The translations under genes and the position numbers were made by a program. The notes beneath the pieces are model-generated. The model saw only the letters and a list, made by a program, of their open reading frames with translations, did not search any database and was not told where the DNA came from. Below, in pieces: positions 1-12,017 of a DNA stretch of 64,000 nucleotides. This DNA comes from Vermamoeba vermiformis. Lineage: Eukaryota. The stretch lies in assembly GCA_045837725.1 (NCBI GenBank), contig JBEWZL010000292.1, forward strand, positions 62,001 to 126,000, read 5' to 3'. How positions within the stretch are numbered: the stretch's first letter is position 1; the number at the start of each line of letters is the position of its first letter.

Positions 1-1718
1 CACGTGACAGGACAAGCTAGTGCGCCTGTACTGGCGCGAAGACAGTGCGGAGAGTGCGGCCTTTGTGCTGCTGCGGCGCGGTGTGACACAATTGCTGAGT
101 CTGGCGCACGAGTTGAGGTGAGTGCCACTACTGAAGTCTAAATATAGCGCAGTGACTAACCGCCGTGTCCCGCAGTGCCGTGCACGCAGGAGTGTGGCCC
201 AAGCACAGTGCGCTGAGTGCTGCACAGGTGCAAGTGCTGCTCGAGGCCTATCCCAGCAGCTTCAAGCGCGTCATGCGTCACGCACCCTTCTTGCTCGACA
301 CCAAAGAGAAGGTCGTGCTGTTGCAGCAGTGGATCCGTGCCGACAAGGAGGTGTATCAGCCAGTGGAGCAGGGTCAGATCTCGCACATTCAAATACGTCG
401 CACGCACCTGTTGCAAGATGTCTACCTCAAACTCGCACCGCCTGGCACCTCGTTGAAGCGCACGGTGAAGATCGAGTTCATCAATCAAGCGGGACTGCAA
501 GAGGCTGGCATTGACGGCGGAGGATTGTTCCGCGAGCTCGTCAACGAGTACGGTGATTGACACGTGTCACGCGTTCATGAATCAAACTAACCCACGTGTG
601 GTGCAGGGTGATCAAGACCGCATTCTCGCCGCAGTACGGACTGTTCAAAGCCACGGAACAACAGCAGCTCTATCCCAATCCTGCCTCCGCGCTCTTGGTC
701 GGTACGTTGCAGCACTCTGTTTGACACCTGTCACTCGCTCACCGTCGCGACAGAGAATGACACGGACAAGTTCCGCTTCTTGGGTCGATTGCTCGGCAAA
801 TGCATTTACGAGCTGTGTCTCGTGGACTTGCCGTTCACTGAATTCTTTTTGGCGCAGTTGTTGGATCGACCTGTGGCGAGTAAGTATACCTCGCGTATAC
901 CGTTCAGTGAACTGACACTCCCCTGCAGTGCATCAGCTGAAGAGTCTCGATGCCGCGCTGTACAAAGGACTGCTCTCGCTGCGCAGCTACACGGGTGACT
1001 TCGAGGACTTGGAGCTGACCTTCAGCGTGCACGAGGACGCGCGTGACATTGAGACCGCTGCTGTCAATTTGCCACGCCCCCTGACTGCTGGCAGAGTCGT
1101 GGAACTCATCGACCAGGGCAACAACGTCAAAGTGACACGTGACAATGTCGAAGAGTACATCGCCCTCGTTGCCAAATATAGAATGCAGACGCAAATCTCC
1201 GCGCAATCTCGCGCGTTCAAAGAAGGGCTGTGCGAGGTGATCGATCGCGAGTGGCTGGCACTGCTCGGCTGGACGGAGAGTGAATTCGCGCTGCTGATCA
1301 ACGGCGAACAGCTCGTGCACGGACTCGACATTGCCGCGATGCAAGAGCACGTGGTCTATGCGGGGGGCTATCACGCGCATCATCCGGTGGTGCTGCTGTT
1401 CTGGGAAGTGCTCTCGGAATTCACTCCGGTACGACACTGCACGACACCGCGCACCTTGTACTAACCACTCGTGCACACAGGAACAACAGTCGATGCTGCT
1501 CAAGTATGCCACATCCAGTCCGCGACCGCCGCTGCTCGGATTCGGCGCGCTGACAGCCAAAGTTCTGCATTAAATTGAGCTCGCAAGATGAGAGCTACTT
1601 GCCGAGTGCAAATACGTGCATGAATCTGCTCAAATTGCCGGCCTATCACTCCAAGCAGCTGATGCGCGACAAGTTGTTGTACGCCATCAACAGCAACAGC
1701 GGATTTGACCTCAGTTAA
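1..1718 (+). CDS. HECT E3 ubiquitin ligase, UBE3B/UBE3C (Hul5)-like; 5' end lies outside the window; multi-exon
   Basis: Motifs EAGIDGGGLFRE, YSDCSKP-region exon read in frame as FSPQYGLFKAT..LYPNP, LKYATSSPRPPLLGF and C-terminal LPSANTCMNLLKLPAY...AINSNSGFDLS* (catalytic Cys). GT-AG introns join the ORFs 165-560, 780-998 and 928-1464. Confidence 0.92.
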
Positions 1719-1773
1719 CGAATAAACACCGTGTGCAATATCTATTTATAGCACTACTATGTACAAATACAGA

Positions 1774-2824
1774 TTACCACGCTTCCATGCCGTCCTCTGG
1801 CGGGGGAGGTGGCGGAGGCAAGCTGCCGACATCCTCGACCTGCTCTGGATCCGCGTAGTACTCGGACTCAGGCTCGTAGTCTGGCACAGGGGGTGGAGGG
1901 GGTGCACTCATAGGGGGTGGAGGAGGCTCGCTCATGGGTGGGGGCGGGGGGGGGGGGGGGGCGGTGGTGGTGGCAGATCGGAGGGTGGTGGTGGCACGTA
2001 GCTGCTGCTCAGTGAACTCGCAGGACCGAAGCTGCTGGACGAAGTGGGTGCAGTATTATTGTGATAGGCATCGCTATTGTTATTGTTGTTGTTCTTGCGC
2101 TCACTCTTGCTCTTCTTCTTGTCTTTCTTCTCGCTCGTCACGCTGCTCACACTGGATGCAGCGCTGAGAGGCTGGTGTGCGGGTCCGAGCACGTGCGGTG
2201 CGGCATCTGCACCTGCGGGCACTGCATTCCACGCCATGTTGCTGATAGAGTCCACTGTGATTGCCTTGCGCGCCCATTCGAGCGGTGTGGGCACTGACGG
2301 CGTCGCGAGCTTGGTGGATTTGACGCCAGTGATGCGCGTGCCTTTGGGTGCAGTTCTGAATGCTGATTGTGCAGCCCAGTCACGCGACACTCGCATGCGC
2401 TATTGAGCAGTGATTAGGACCAGGTAAGCAAGCAATTTTAATTGAGTCAATAGTCGGAATTGAAAATCAGTGCAACGAAATGATAGCAGTGTAATTAATT
2501 GAATCCTATCATAATGAATAGAATACTCCTATATTTACCACTTACATCTCCAACCGCTGAGATTTGAACCTCTAATTTTTCAAGTTCGCTAGATTGCAAT
2601 TTGAGGAAGTTTGTTAAATGCGTGCCGACTGTATGCACGTGATAGGCTAGATTGGTGATAGCATTGAGCGTATATTCCTGTGTTTGTTTCAACAGCGAAT
2701 CTAAATCTGAGTTGGGTGTGCGGCAATACTGCGAAATCTTCTGCATAGTCTCGCCATTCTCGCGCAGGCCATCCAATGCAGCAGGCAGGTCATTGCGCGA
2801 CACGGCTTCAATCTCCTCGCTCAT
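1774..2824 (-). CDS. ABI: Abl-interactor (ABI) subunit of the SCAR/WAVE complex; no SH3 domain; apparent 1-nt frameshift in a G16 run
   Basis: N-terminus TQEYTLNAITNLAYHVHTVGTHLTNFLKLQ matches the ABI N-terminal helical region. One intron (~2400-2543) is followed by a poly-Pro tail ending EDGMEAW*. Confidence 0.8.
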
Positions 2825-2892
2825 GGTGTCGCGGCTTGGGGAAATTTTAAAAATGAAGCTGTGAAAAAATTGATTTTTGTTTTCTTGCCACG

Positions 2893-5800
2893 ATGAGCAC
2901 AGAGTGAGTGCTAATTATAATCATAGTGATTGGCAGTACTAATGTGACACTATTGTAGGTGGTTAGTGCCCTCCAAGCTGATCAAGTCAGTAGATCTGAT
3001 CAGGCCCAGATCTCTCATATTTCGTCCAACAACATTACCCTTCATCATCCTATATATTTTAAATATTTTTGCATGCGTATTTGCAGGAGAATCTCAGCGA
3101 GAACTATTTCTGATCCTCTTTCCAGTGCTGTTTGTCATCCAATTGTTTTTCATTCTACTCTCGCAGTGGTCGATTGATTTCCAATGCTTTGCCAACTACA
3201 CTAAGGTAATTCATTTATTTATAACATCGATTAACTCGTCACGATGACGCCACGTCACATTCTGCGATACTCAAGAACTGCATTCAGGTGTCAAGCACGC
3301 AACAGGCAACCAATGTGCGTGTAGTGCCTGCAGCGCACAAGGGCAGTCGTAAGTAATCGCGCGATGTTGCATATATCACTATGTTGTTGTTAACAGCGCG
3401 TGTTAAGGTGCCATTGTACCGCTGCACGAGATTGCCACCAATTCACCGTGGTTCGAGTTCCAAAAAAGGAAATACCGTTACGACGCAACGAGCCACAAGT
3501 TCGACAGACCGAGACCGAGCACGCAACAGTTCGGTGAGCTGAAGCGCCATCAAGGTCACACCAGCAGCGAGATGTACGCGGAGATGCAGCGCACGTGGGG
3601 CAACAACGCGATCGACATCCCACTGCCACGGTTCAGTGAACTGTACAAAGAACAGGTGCGACACGTGACCCTCCCTCGCACTCCAAGCACGTGACTGACG
3701 AGTGATGTTGACAGGCGCTGGCACCGTTCTTCGTGTTCCAAGTGTTCTGCGTGGCACTGTGGTGTCTCGACGACTACTGGCAGTACTCGCTGTTCACGCT
3801 GTTCATGCTGCTCGTGTTTGAAGCCACCGTCGTGCAGTCGGTAAGTGCGCCACTCATTCACTCACTGCCCCCACCCAGCACTAACACCCCGTGCAGCGCA
3901 TGAAGAACTTGCAGCTGTTGCGCAGCATGATCTCGCAGCCCACCGATGTGCGCGTGTACCGCGAGCACAAGTGGCTGACCGTGAAGAGCAGCGAACTCGT
4001 GCCCGGTGACATCTGTCTCGTGCACAAGAAGAAGGACGAGGCACACGTGATTGTGCCGTGCGACATGATCTTGCTCGCGGGCCAGTGCATTGCCAACGAG
4101 GCGATATTGACGGGCGAGTCCACGCCCCAGCTCAAAGAGTCCGTGCAGCCGTGTCTCGATGACAGCACACTCGACCTCCGCCGCGACAAGGTGCACGTGC
4201 TGTACGGTGGCACCAAGATTGTGCAGCACAGCGGCGACAGTCGTGTGAACAAGTCCTTCAAGGCCCCTGACGACGCGTGTCTGTGCATCGTGCTCAAGAC
4301 GGGCTTCAACACGAGTCAGGGCAAGCTCGTGCGCACCATTCTGTTCAGCAGCGAGCGCATCACCGCCAACAACCGCGAGAGCTTCTTGTTCATCGCCTTC
4401 TTGCTCGTGTTTGCACTCGCAGCCTCGGGCTACGTGCTGATGAAGGGCCTGAGCGAGGTCGAGGAGGGCAAGCGCGCGCTGTGGAAGTTGATCTTGGAGT
4501 GCACGCTGATCATCACCAGTGTCGTGCCCCCCGAGCTGCCCATGGAGCTCTCACTCGCCGTCAACACCTCGCTCGTCAATCTCAGCAAGTTGCAGGTTTT
4601 CTGCACGGAGCCGTTCCGCATTCCGCTGGCAGGTGGCATCACACACGCGTGCTTCGACAAGACGGGCACGCTGACTGACGAACACTTGCGTCTCGTGGGA
4701 GTGACGGGCCTGGAGCTGCAGCGTCCAGAGCACTTGCACCCTGTGAAAGAACTCGCGCAGCTCACGCCTGACACGCAGCTCGGAGGTATCTCCGCCACAG
4801 CCCTGGTGATGGCAGGGTGCCACGCAGCAGTGTGGTCCTCGGGTGCCGCCAAGCCGCAGGGTGATCCGCTGGAGGTGTCGATGATCGATGGCATTGGCGG
4901 TGCCCTGCAGTCCACACCGAGTCAGACGGGCGAGGTCACTGTCACGCTCAAAGCTCACTCGCAGCGTGCCCTCGTGCGCATCAGACAGCGCTTTCACTTC
5001 ACTTCCGCACTCAAGCGCATGTCTACTGTCGTGTCGCTCGATCACATCAGCACCACGCACTTTGTCGCCACGGCCAAGGGAGCACCCGAGACAATTGAAC
5101 AGTACCTGCGCGCAGACAGCGTGGATGTGCAGCAGTACCGCGAGTGTTACTTGCACTTCACGCGTCAAGGCAAGCGTGTGATTGCCATGGCCTACAAGCC
5201 CCTGCCTGAGCTGCACTCGGCGGATCAACTCCGTCACGTGACGCGCGAGCAGATCGAGTGTGATCTCATCTTTGCAGGCTTTCTCATCTTCGAATGTCCA
5301 CTCAAGTCCGACAGCAGCGAAGTGATTGCAGAGCTGCTCGAGTCACAGCACCGCGTGGTGGTGATCACAGGTGACAACGCACTCACTGCCTGTCAAGTGG
5401 CACAAGAGCTGCGCATTGCCCCGCGACCACTGCGCATGTTGCACAAGCACAACGACGTGCTCACGTGGCTCAGCATTGACGACTATGTGCGCGCCAGTCT
5501 CGGTCACGTGCACACCTCACCGAGTGTTGAACACGTGCTCGATGAGACACACGACTACTGCGTGACTGGTGATCTGATTGAGCAGTGGGCACGTGATCAC
5601 CCCGCGTCAGATTGGGAGTCACGTGTCACTGTGTACGCACGCTGCAGTCCGCAGATCAAAGCGTGGATCATCTCGCGCCTCAAATCCAAGGGCTACCACA
5701 CGCTGATGTGCGGTGATGGCACTAATGACGTCGGTGCCCTCAAACAAGCACACGTGGGCATTGCACTGCTCAGCACGGAGTCACTCGAGATGTTGAATGC

Positions 5801-6873
5801 ACTGCAGCAGAAGCGTCAGGCACGCCTTGCTGGCAACATTGCCGCTAACAACGCCAACTCCGAAGTGCGCTCACGTGCACCTGCCAACAAACCACGTGAT
5901 GCAGCACGTGATCAGCCAGCACCAGCCAATGCTGCCCCCACCAACGTACGCGAGGCAAGTTCGTTCTTGAGTCGTCTGCAGCGTCAGATGGAAGAGGCCC
6001 AGCGCGAGCAGAATGAAGGCAATGCCATGGTGCAGCTCGGTGATGCGTGCATTGCCAGTCCATTCACGGTCAAGTCGAATTCTATTGGTCCGAGTAAGTC
6101 TATTTTTAGCGCACCCTTCCACCACTCACCGTGACTCATTGCACCGCTAGTACTGCACATCTTGCGTCAAGGTCGCTGCACACTCGTCACTACGCTGCAG
6201 ATGTACCGCATATTGGCGCTGCACTGTCTCATCTACGCGTACAGTCTCAGCGTGCTCTATCACGACGGCATCAAGTACGGCGACACGCAAGCTACCATCT
6301 CGGGCATGTTGACTGCCATGTGCTTCTTGTTCATCTCGCGCTCGCAGCCGCTCAAAAAGCTCGCCTCTAAGCGACCCTTGAATCGCATCTTCACGCCGTT
6401 CATGTTTGCTTCGATTCTCGGTCAGTTTGCCATTCACCTCTCCGCCCTCATGTACATCTCCAATCTCTCGCAGTCACTCGTGGATATGTAAGTGTTGCTT
6501 GAGTGAAGACTGAAGCTGACTGACATCACTTAGTGACACCAAGCCCAAGCCTGATGAGGACTTCAAGCCAAATCTCGTCAATACAGCCGTATTCTTGATC
6601 TCGATGTGCATGCAGCTCGCTACATTTGTCGTGAATTACGAGGGTCATCCTTTCATGGAAAGCTTGTCCGAGAACAAGCCGCTGCGCAACTGTCTCGCGC
6701 TCAGCACTGGATTCACCTTCCTCGCCGCAAGTCAGATCTACCCTGAACTCAACGATACCCTCTCATTGGTTGAATTGCCTGCTGATTTCCGTGCTACTCT
6801 CCTAATTGTAATGGCTGCTGACTTCTCGCTCAGTTGGCTGTATGAAAAACTATGTAGAAAGTTGTTTACTTGA
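2893..6873 (+). CDS. ATP13A1: P5A-type ATPase (ATP13A1/Spf1), multi-exon
   Basis: Motifs [27 protein letters not shown] and [13 protein letters not shown]. The micro-exon ATGAGCACAGA at 2893 splices in frame to WLVPSKLIK. Confidence 0.96.
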
Positions 6874-7001
6874 ACCTAATGTTGGCCAATAAACGCACTG
6901 TGCCAGTACGCGATCACGTGACAATCGACCAATGTCGACTGAACCGACAGAATTTGTAAAGAGAAAGCTGTTGTTACCATCAGTCCTCTTACATCGTACA
7001 C

Positions 7002-8384
7002 ATGACCTCAAAAGCTGATTTTTTAAAGAGGTATCTGGAGCCAGTAGATCCAGCAGCCTCGTCGGACTACTTGGTTCCGACGAAGAAGAAAAAGAAGAAG
7101 TCCAAAGCTGCTAAAGCTGGAGGCATGAAAATTATCGATTCAGATGCAGACGCGCAAGTCAAACCTGATTTTGATAGGCAAGATGAAGAAGGTAAGCGAA
7201 TGCATTTTCTTTTATTATTCAAAAAATTCAAAAATTATTCTTTTAATTGCCCTATTGCTTCTCTTAATCTCAATATACACTATTACGTCGAAAATAAATG
7301 TTGCGTCGACAAACAAAATTCTGATTGGCAATTTCAATTCACAGAAGCACCAGTGATAGTCGAAGAGTCCTCAAAGCCCGTAGTTGAGGTCAAGAAGCCC
7401 AAAGTGGCACTCGGCAATTGGGTCACAGTCGCAGGTGACAATTCACCGCCCAGACGTCGCGATGACGCTTCACCACCACGCAGACAAGTTGATGATTCAC
7501 CTCCGCGAAGAACTATCGATGACAGCTCACCTCCACGACGCAGAACAGAGGACGCATCACCTCCACGACGCAGAACAGACGATGCATCACCACCACGTCG
7601 CAGAACAGAGGACGCATCACCACCACGTCGCAGAACAGACGATGCATCACCACCACGTCGCAGAACAGAGGACGCATCACCACCACGCCGCCACACTGAA
7701 GATGCCTCGCCACCACGTCGTGCCAACACAGACACGAATCGCAAGCGCAGTGCAGCCAGTGTGGTCGAAGAAGAAGGTCCAGTCAAGAAGCGACGCATGT
7801 TAGACGGAGGCAAAGCAGGTCTGTTGACCGACGAAGATGTTGCACGCGAAGAAGAAGCCTATCGCGCAGCTCAAGCAGCCAAGTTCCAGAACAGAGATCT
7901 GAGTGAGCTCGGCAAGGGTGCGCAGACAGTGTATCGTGACAGCAAGGGTCGTCGACTCGACACCCTCGTCGCAGCGATGAAGCAGCAGCAAGGTGAGCTG
8001 CTGGAGAGTGAAGAAGCGAATATGGAGTGGGGTGTGGGTCGTGTCGATGTCAAGAAACGCGAAGAAGAAGAACAACGCAGACGCGAAGAGGCAGATGCGC
8101 CGTACAAGGGCAAGAGCATGCACGACAAGGAGCTGAACGAGGACTGGCGACAAGAGGACCGCTGGGGTGATCCGATGGCCAAGTTCAAAGCAAAGAGCGA
8201 CAAGAAAGAGAAGAAGAAGGAGTATCAAGGCTGGTGGCCCCCCAATCGCTTCAACCTCGCCCCTGGTTATCGCTGGGACGGCATTGACCGCTCGAATGGC
8301 TTTGAAAAGAATTACTTCCTGCACCAGAACAGCAAGAAAGCGTTGCAAGATGTGGCCTATCGCTTCTTGTCCGAAGACATGTAA
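7002..8384 (+). CDS. BUD13: BUD13 homolog (RES splicing complex); one intron at ~7192-7343
   Basis: MTSKADFLKRYL start, DASPPRR repeats, GAQTVYRD, RWGDPMA and PPNRFNLAPGYRWDGIDRSNGFE...SEDM*. Confidence 0.96.
   Translation: MTSKADFLKRYLEPVDPAASSDYLVPTKKKKKKSKAAKAGGMKIIDSDADAQVKPDFDRQDEEGKRMHFLLLFKKFKNYSFNCPIASLNLNIHYYVENKCCVDKQNSDWQFQFTEAPVIVEESSKPVVEVKKPKVALGNWVTVAGDNSPPRRRDDASPPRRQVDDSPPRRTIDDSSPPRRRTEDASPPRRRTDDASPPRRRTEDASPPRRRTDDASPPRRRTEDASPPRRHTEDASPPRRANTDTNRKRSAASVVEEEGPVKKRRMLDGGKAGLLTDEDVAREEEAYRAAQAAKFQNRDLSELGKGAQTVYRDSKGRRLDTLVAAMKQQQGELLESEEANMEWGVGRVDVKKREEEEQRRREEADAPYKGKSMHDKELNEDWRQEDRWGDPMAKFKAKSDKKEKKKEYQGWWPPNRFNLAPGYRWDGIDRSNGFEKNYFLHQNSKKALQDVAYRFLSEDM
7521..7720 (+). 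repeat. Coding tandem repeat of about 30 bp (DASPPRRRTE/TD) in BUD13
   Basis: About 6-7 units of GAYGCATCACCWCCACGWCGCAGAACAGAS, with TE and TD variants alternating. Confidence 0.9.
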
Positions 8385-8424
8385 ATAACACATAAAACAC
8401 TTGTATATAAAAATTGCGTCCTAT

Positions 8425-10264
8425 TTACATGCGATGTCGTGCTACACTCGTCAGCCACTCACCGAATTGCGCGCGAGGAATCTTTTCCAGCAGTGCGCGC
8501 TCATAGAGCTCCACGAGATCGAGCGCAGCTGCATCTTTGCCCGAGTACTGCTGCTGCAACTTGATTCCGAGGGCGAGCGAGAAGAAATACTTCTTGGTGA
8601 GCTCTTCAATCTGCTGCAAATGCGTGGCGTCAAGCTGTTGTTCTTCGAGCAACTTGTGCGCCATGTCGTTGTACTGCTGATCAATCACCGCGGTCTCAGC
8701 TTCGAGGGCGTGCAGTGTCTGAGCACGGAGTTGCACCTTCACGCGATGCTCTTCTTCAGTATCCAACAACTGTTCGCGCGACATTGAGCGTTAATATACA
8801 TCACGCAGCTAATTACGCAGGACTACTGACCTGTTTGCTGAGAGTCTCGTTCTTGATCTGATGCACGCGATTCTTCTGCTTTTGTCGCTCCAACTGTTCT
8901 TGCAGTGCACTGATCTCACTCTCCCAGCTGTTGTCGCCTTGCAGTCGGGTCTGGTGCGCGCTGTTCAGCTCTTGTTCGAGCTCGAGCTTCAGTCGCTGAA
9001 TGTTCTGTTCTTGCACGCCAACACTCTGCTCACAGCTCACGACACTCGATTTGAGTGTGTTCAAGCGATGTTTGTTCAAATCAACCTGTTCGTGCTTCTG
9101 TGACACTTTGACACGCAGCGTGTCACACTTGCACTCGTGTTCGCTCAGCACGTGATCGCTCTTCTTCAGCCCTTCCAACATGCCACCAATCTCGCGCTGC
9201 TGTTCATCGACGAGTGCTTGCAGTGACTTGATCTTGTCTTGCAGTCGAATGTGCTGCACTTTCTCTTGCACTTGCAGCTCAGTGCGCAGCTTGTCAATGC
9301 GACTGCGCAGTTCGTCCACACTGCTCTCACGCTCACGCAGCGCTCGTTCAGCGAGTTCGAGGCGCTGTTCAGTGCTGAGCTCGGGCACGGTGCGCTTGAC
9401 CACCACTGGCTCTACGCGCTTCATGCCTGCCGCGTGCTGTTCGAGTTTGAGACGCTGGATCCGCTTGATTTCGAGTGCATCGTAGTAGCGCAGCCAGCGA
9501 TGAAAGAGATCGACCCACTCGAGCACGATGGGCAAGTCAGTCGCGTGGTGATCGCGCGGTGCAGTGCTGTTGTGCGCGGTGAATGCGCAGTCCAGCAAGT
9601 AGGTGCGACTGGTGAACAGCTCCGCCGTGTTCTGCGTCACATCCGACAACGACAGCACCGACACTTCAAACCACGTGCCTGTCTTGTAGTGACTAGCGAC
9701 ATTAGTCAGCGGAACATTGCGCGCGAATCCATAAGGCCTCACATCCACTACTTCGAGCAGATCAATGTGTCCGCGCGGAGTGTTGGTAGTCAGTTCGCTG
9801 GTGAAGTAGTGCACCTGACTCTCGCGCTGCAGGAAGTAGCGTCGCTCCCACGCTTTGATCAAACTCTTCGCGCCTTGCTTCTTCAACCAGCCGCGGATGG
9901 GGCGTGGCTTGTCACTGGTAGTTGCGCATGTGAGCTGTGAATAGAGCGGGTCCTCCATCATATCGACGCGACTAGCCAATCGCTTGATGAGTCGCATGAT
10001 CTTGTAGTACTCGACTAGTGCCGCGTTGTTGCGTCGAGTGCGTGTTTGTTGCAGCAGCTGCTTTTCTACTGCATCTACTTCGCCGAGCACATCTTCGAGA
10101 TCTGAATATATGGAGGATACTTGAATAGATTTTTGTTCCTTATTTTCCATTAATTCGCGTTCATACTGATCTGCTTGGCTGTAGATCCATTCAAACCGTA
10201 GTTCTAGCTTTTTAATGTCTTGAAATATGGGATCATTTAATAGACTACTATCGGGTGTGCTCAT
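8425..10264 (-). CDS. PH-domain plus long coiled-coil protein; one intron at ~8771-8830
   Basis: IRGWLKKQG...WERRYF...PRGHIDL PH signature followed by a heptad-rich region. A GTCAGT...ACAG intron joins ORF 8813-10264 to ORF 8425-8784 in frame. Confidence 0.8.
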
Positions 10265-10506
10265 TGTGTATTATTGATAATAGTCACAATTGTAAATATA
10301 ATCAATAACAGATATCGCTGTCTTGCTTGACTGTGTAGAACCCAAGGGACTAATGAAATAATGTAAATACAAATAAATAAATAATTAATTAATTTAGCAT
10401 AGCATAGTGTTGTGCTATCACCTACAAAAACAAAATTGGTTGGACAAATTCGAATTGAAACTGTACAAGGTATTTATTTCCTAATTAGGTGCAGCTATAT
10501 TTAGCC

Positions 10507-11809
10507 TCACACAATCTGCGTCAGTTGACCAATGAGCGGTGCAGTGCTGATCAGTGGTGGATCTGAGATCAGTGCCAGTTCTCCGTGCGAGGCAGTGCGG
10601 GCCAGTACTGCGCCCACCGCAGACCCCGCGCGATGTACTGCCACGTGCCAGGGCTCACCACGTGATCGCGCACCGAGCACGAGTGCGGCAAAGAGATCTC
10701 CCGTGCCCGTGTACTCGCCAGGACACTTGGGCAGTGTCAGTCGCCAGCGTCCTGAGTCGGTGACGAGCAGTGTGGTGAGTGTGTCACGTGCGGCGCTGTC
10801 ACTCGGTGCGGTGGTGATGATCACTGTGCGCGGTCCCAGGGCACGGAGTTGTTCCGCTGCACGCAATGCATCGGCTTCAGTGACAATCGGCACGCCTGAG
10901 AGGTACCTGAATGACACGTGTCAGTACTGTAGCGAATTCACATCAGTAATGTCACGAGTGTCACTCGGAGTCGTCCAAATGACATCCGCGTGTCAAAGTG
11001 TCAAAGTGTCATACTCAGCCTCGGTCTGATTGGGAAAGATGACGTCAGCACAGGGCAGTGCAGCCTCGCGATAGAGTGCCACCATCTCTGCTGTCACATA
11101 CAACTTGCCATCGTCTCCCATCACTGGATCGCAGTCTAAATAAGGCAATGGTCAGTCGTCGATGTCTATTTATGGTAAGTGACGCACAGAACTCGAGCGC
11201 GGGGTTCTTTTCTTTGAGAATTTTGACGATTTTGATGATCTCTTGCAGTGTGCTCGGTGAGTTCAAATAGCCTAATTTGGACTGCTGTCAGTGCTGATCA
11301 ACGTTGTTCATGAACGACTCGAGTGCTATAATTGGCCGCCAGTACGTACCAGTGAGCACGTGACTGTACGTGGTGAGTTGATTCTCCATCAGTCCTTCAA
11401 AGAGCTGCCATATCTTGTCGCCACTCAACTTCTCGCCGCGCCATGTCTTATAGCCTAATTTAGTAATCAGCGTACTGGTCGCTGGGTCACGTGATGTCAG
11501 ATCGTGACTTGACACCAACGGTTATTTATTAATCATTTAAAAATTCGACGCCACGTCGCATATTACTATAAGATGCATGTACATATGAAAATAAATATTA
11601 TTAATTTTACCAGTGTGGTTGGAGAAGTGAACGGAATTGATCGGATCAACTTCTATTCCCATCGTTTGCAGGGCATAGACTGCACATTTGTTGCCAACAT
11701 AGCCATGTACTACCTGTATCATACAATTATCAATGTCTGACATCGAAGGGTTCACCTGGATCGAGACGCTTACGTGAGATTGAATGGATAGCACCCGTTG
11801 TGTCGACAT
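10507..11809 (-). CDS. PDXK: Pyridoxal kinase, multi-exon
   Basis: [43 protein letters not shown] and [10 protein letters not shown]. Confidence 0.95.
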
Positions 11810-12017
11810 CTAAGATTAAACAAATGTACCACCAGAACTACACGCACATATACTAGAGATACTATGTACCGCCTACAAGAAGATATTAGGACTGTTATTT
11901 TAGCCGAATTTCAGCGAACGAAGGGCCGAAAAAAACAAGACCAAAAAAAATTTGTTTTTATTTACTATTTTTAAACGTCACAGACCACACACTGCTCCAT
12001 ATTACGTGTTCTGGAAA

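Noticed and set aside
7521-7720. CRISPR-like array of ~30-bp repeats
   Set aside because: There are no unique spacers. It is the coding DASPPRR repeat typical of BUD13.
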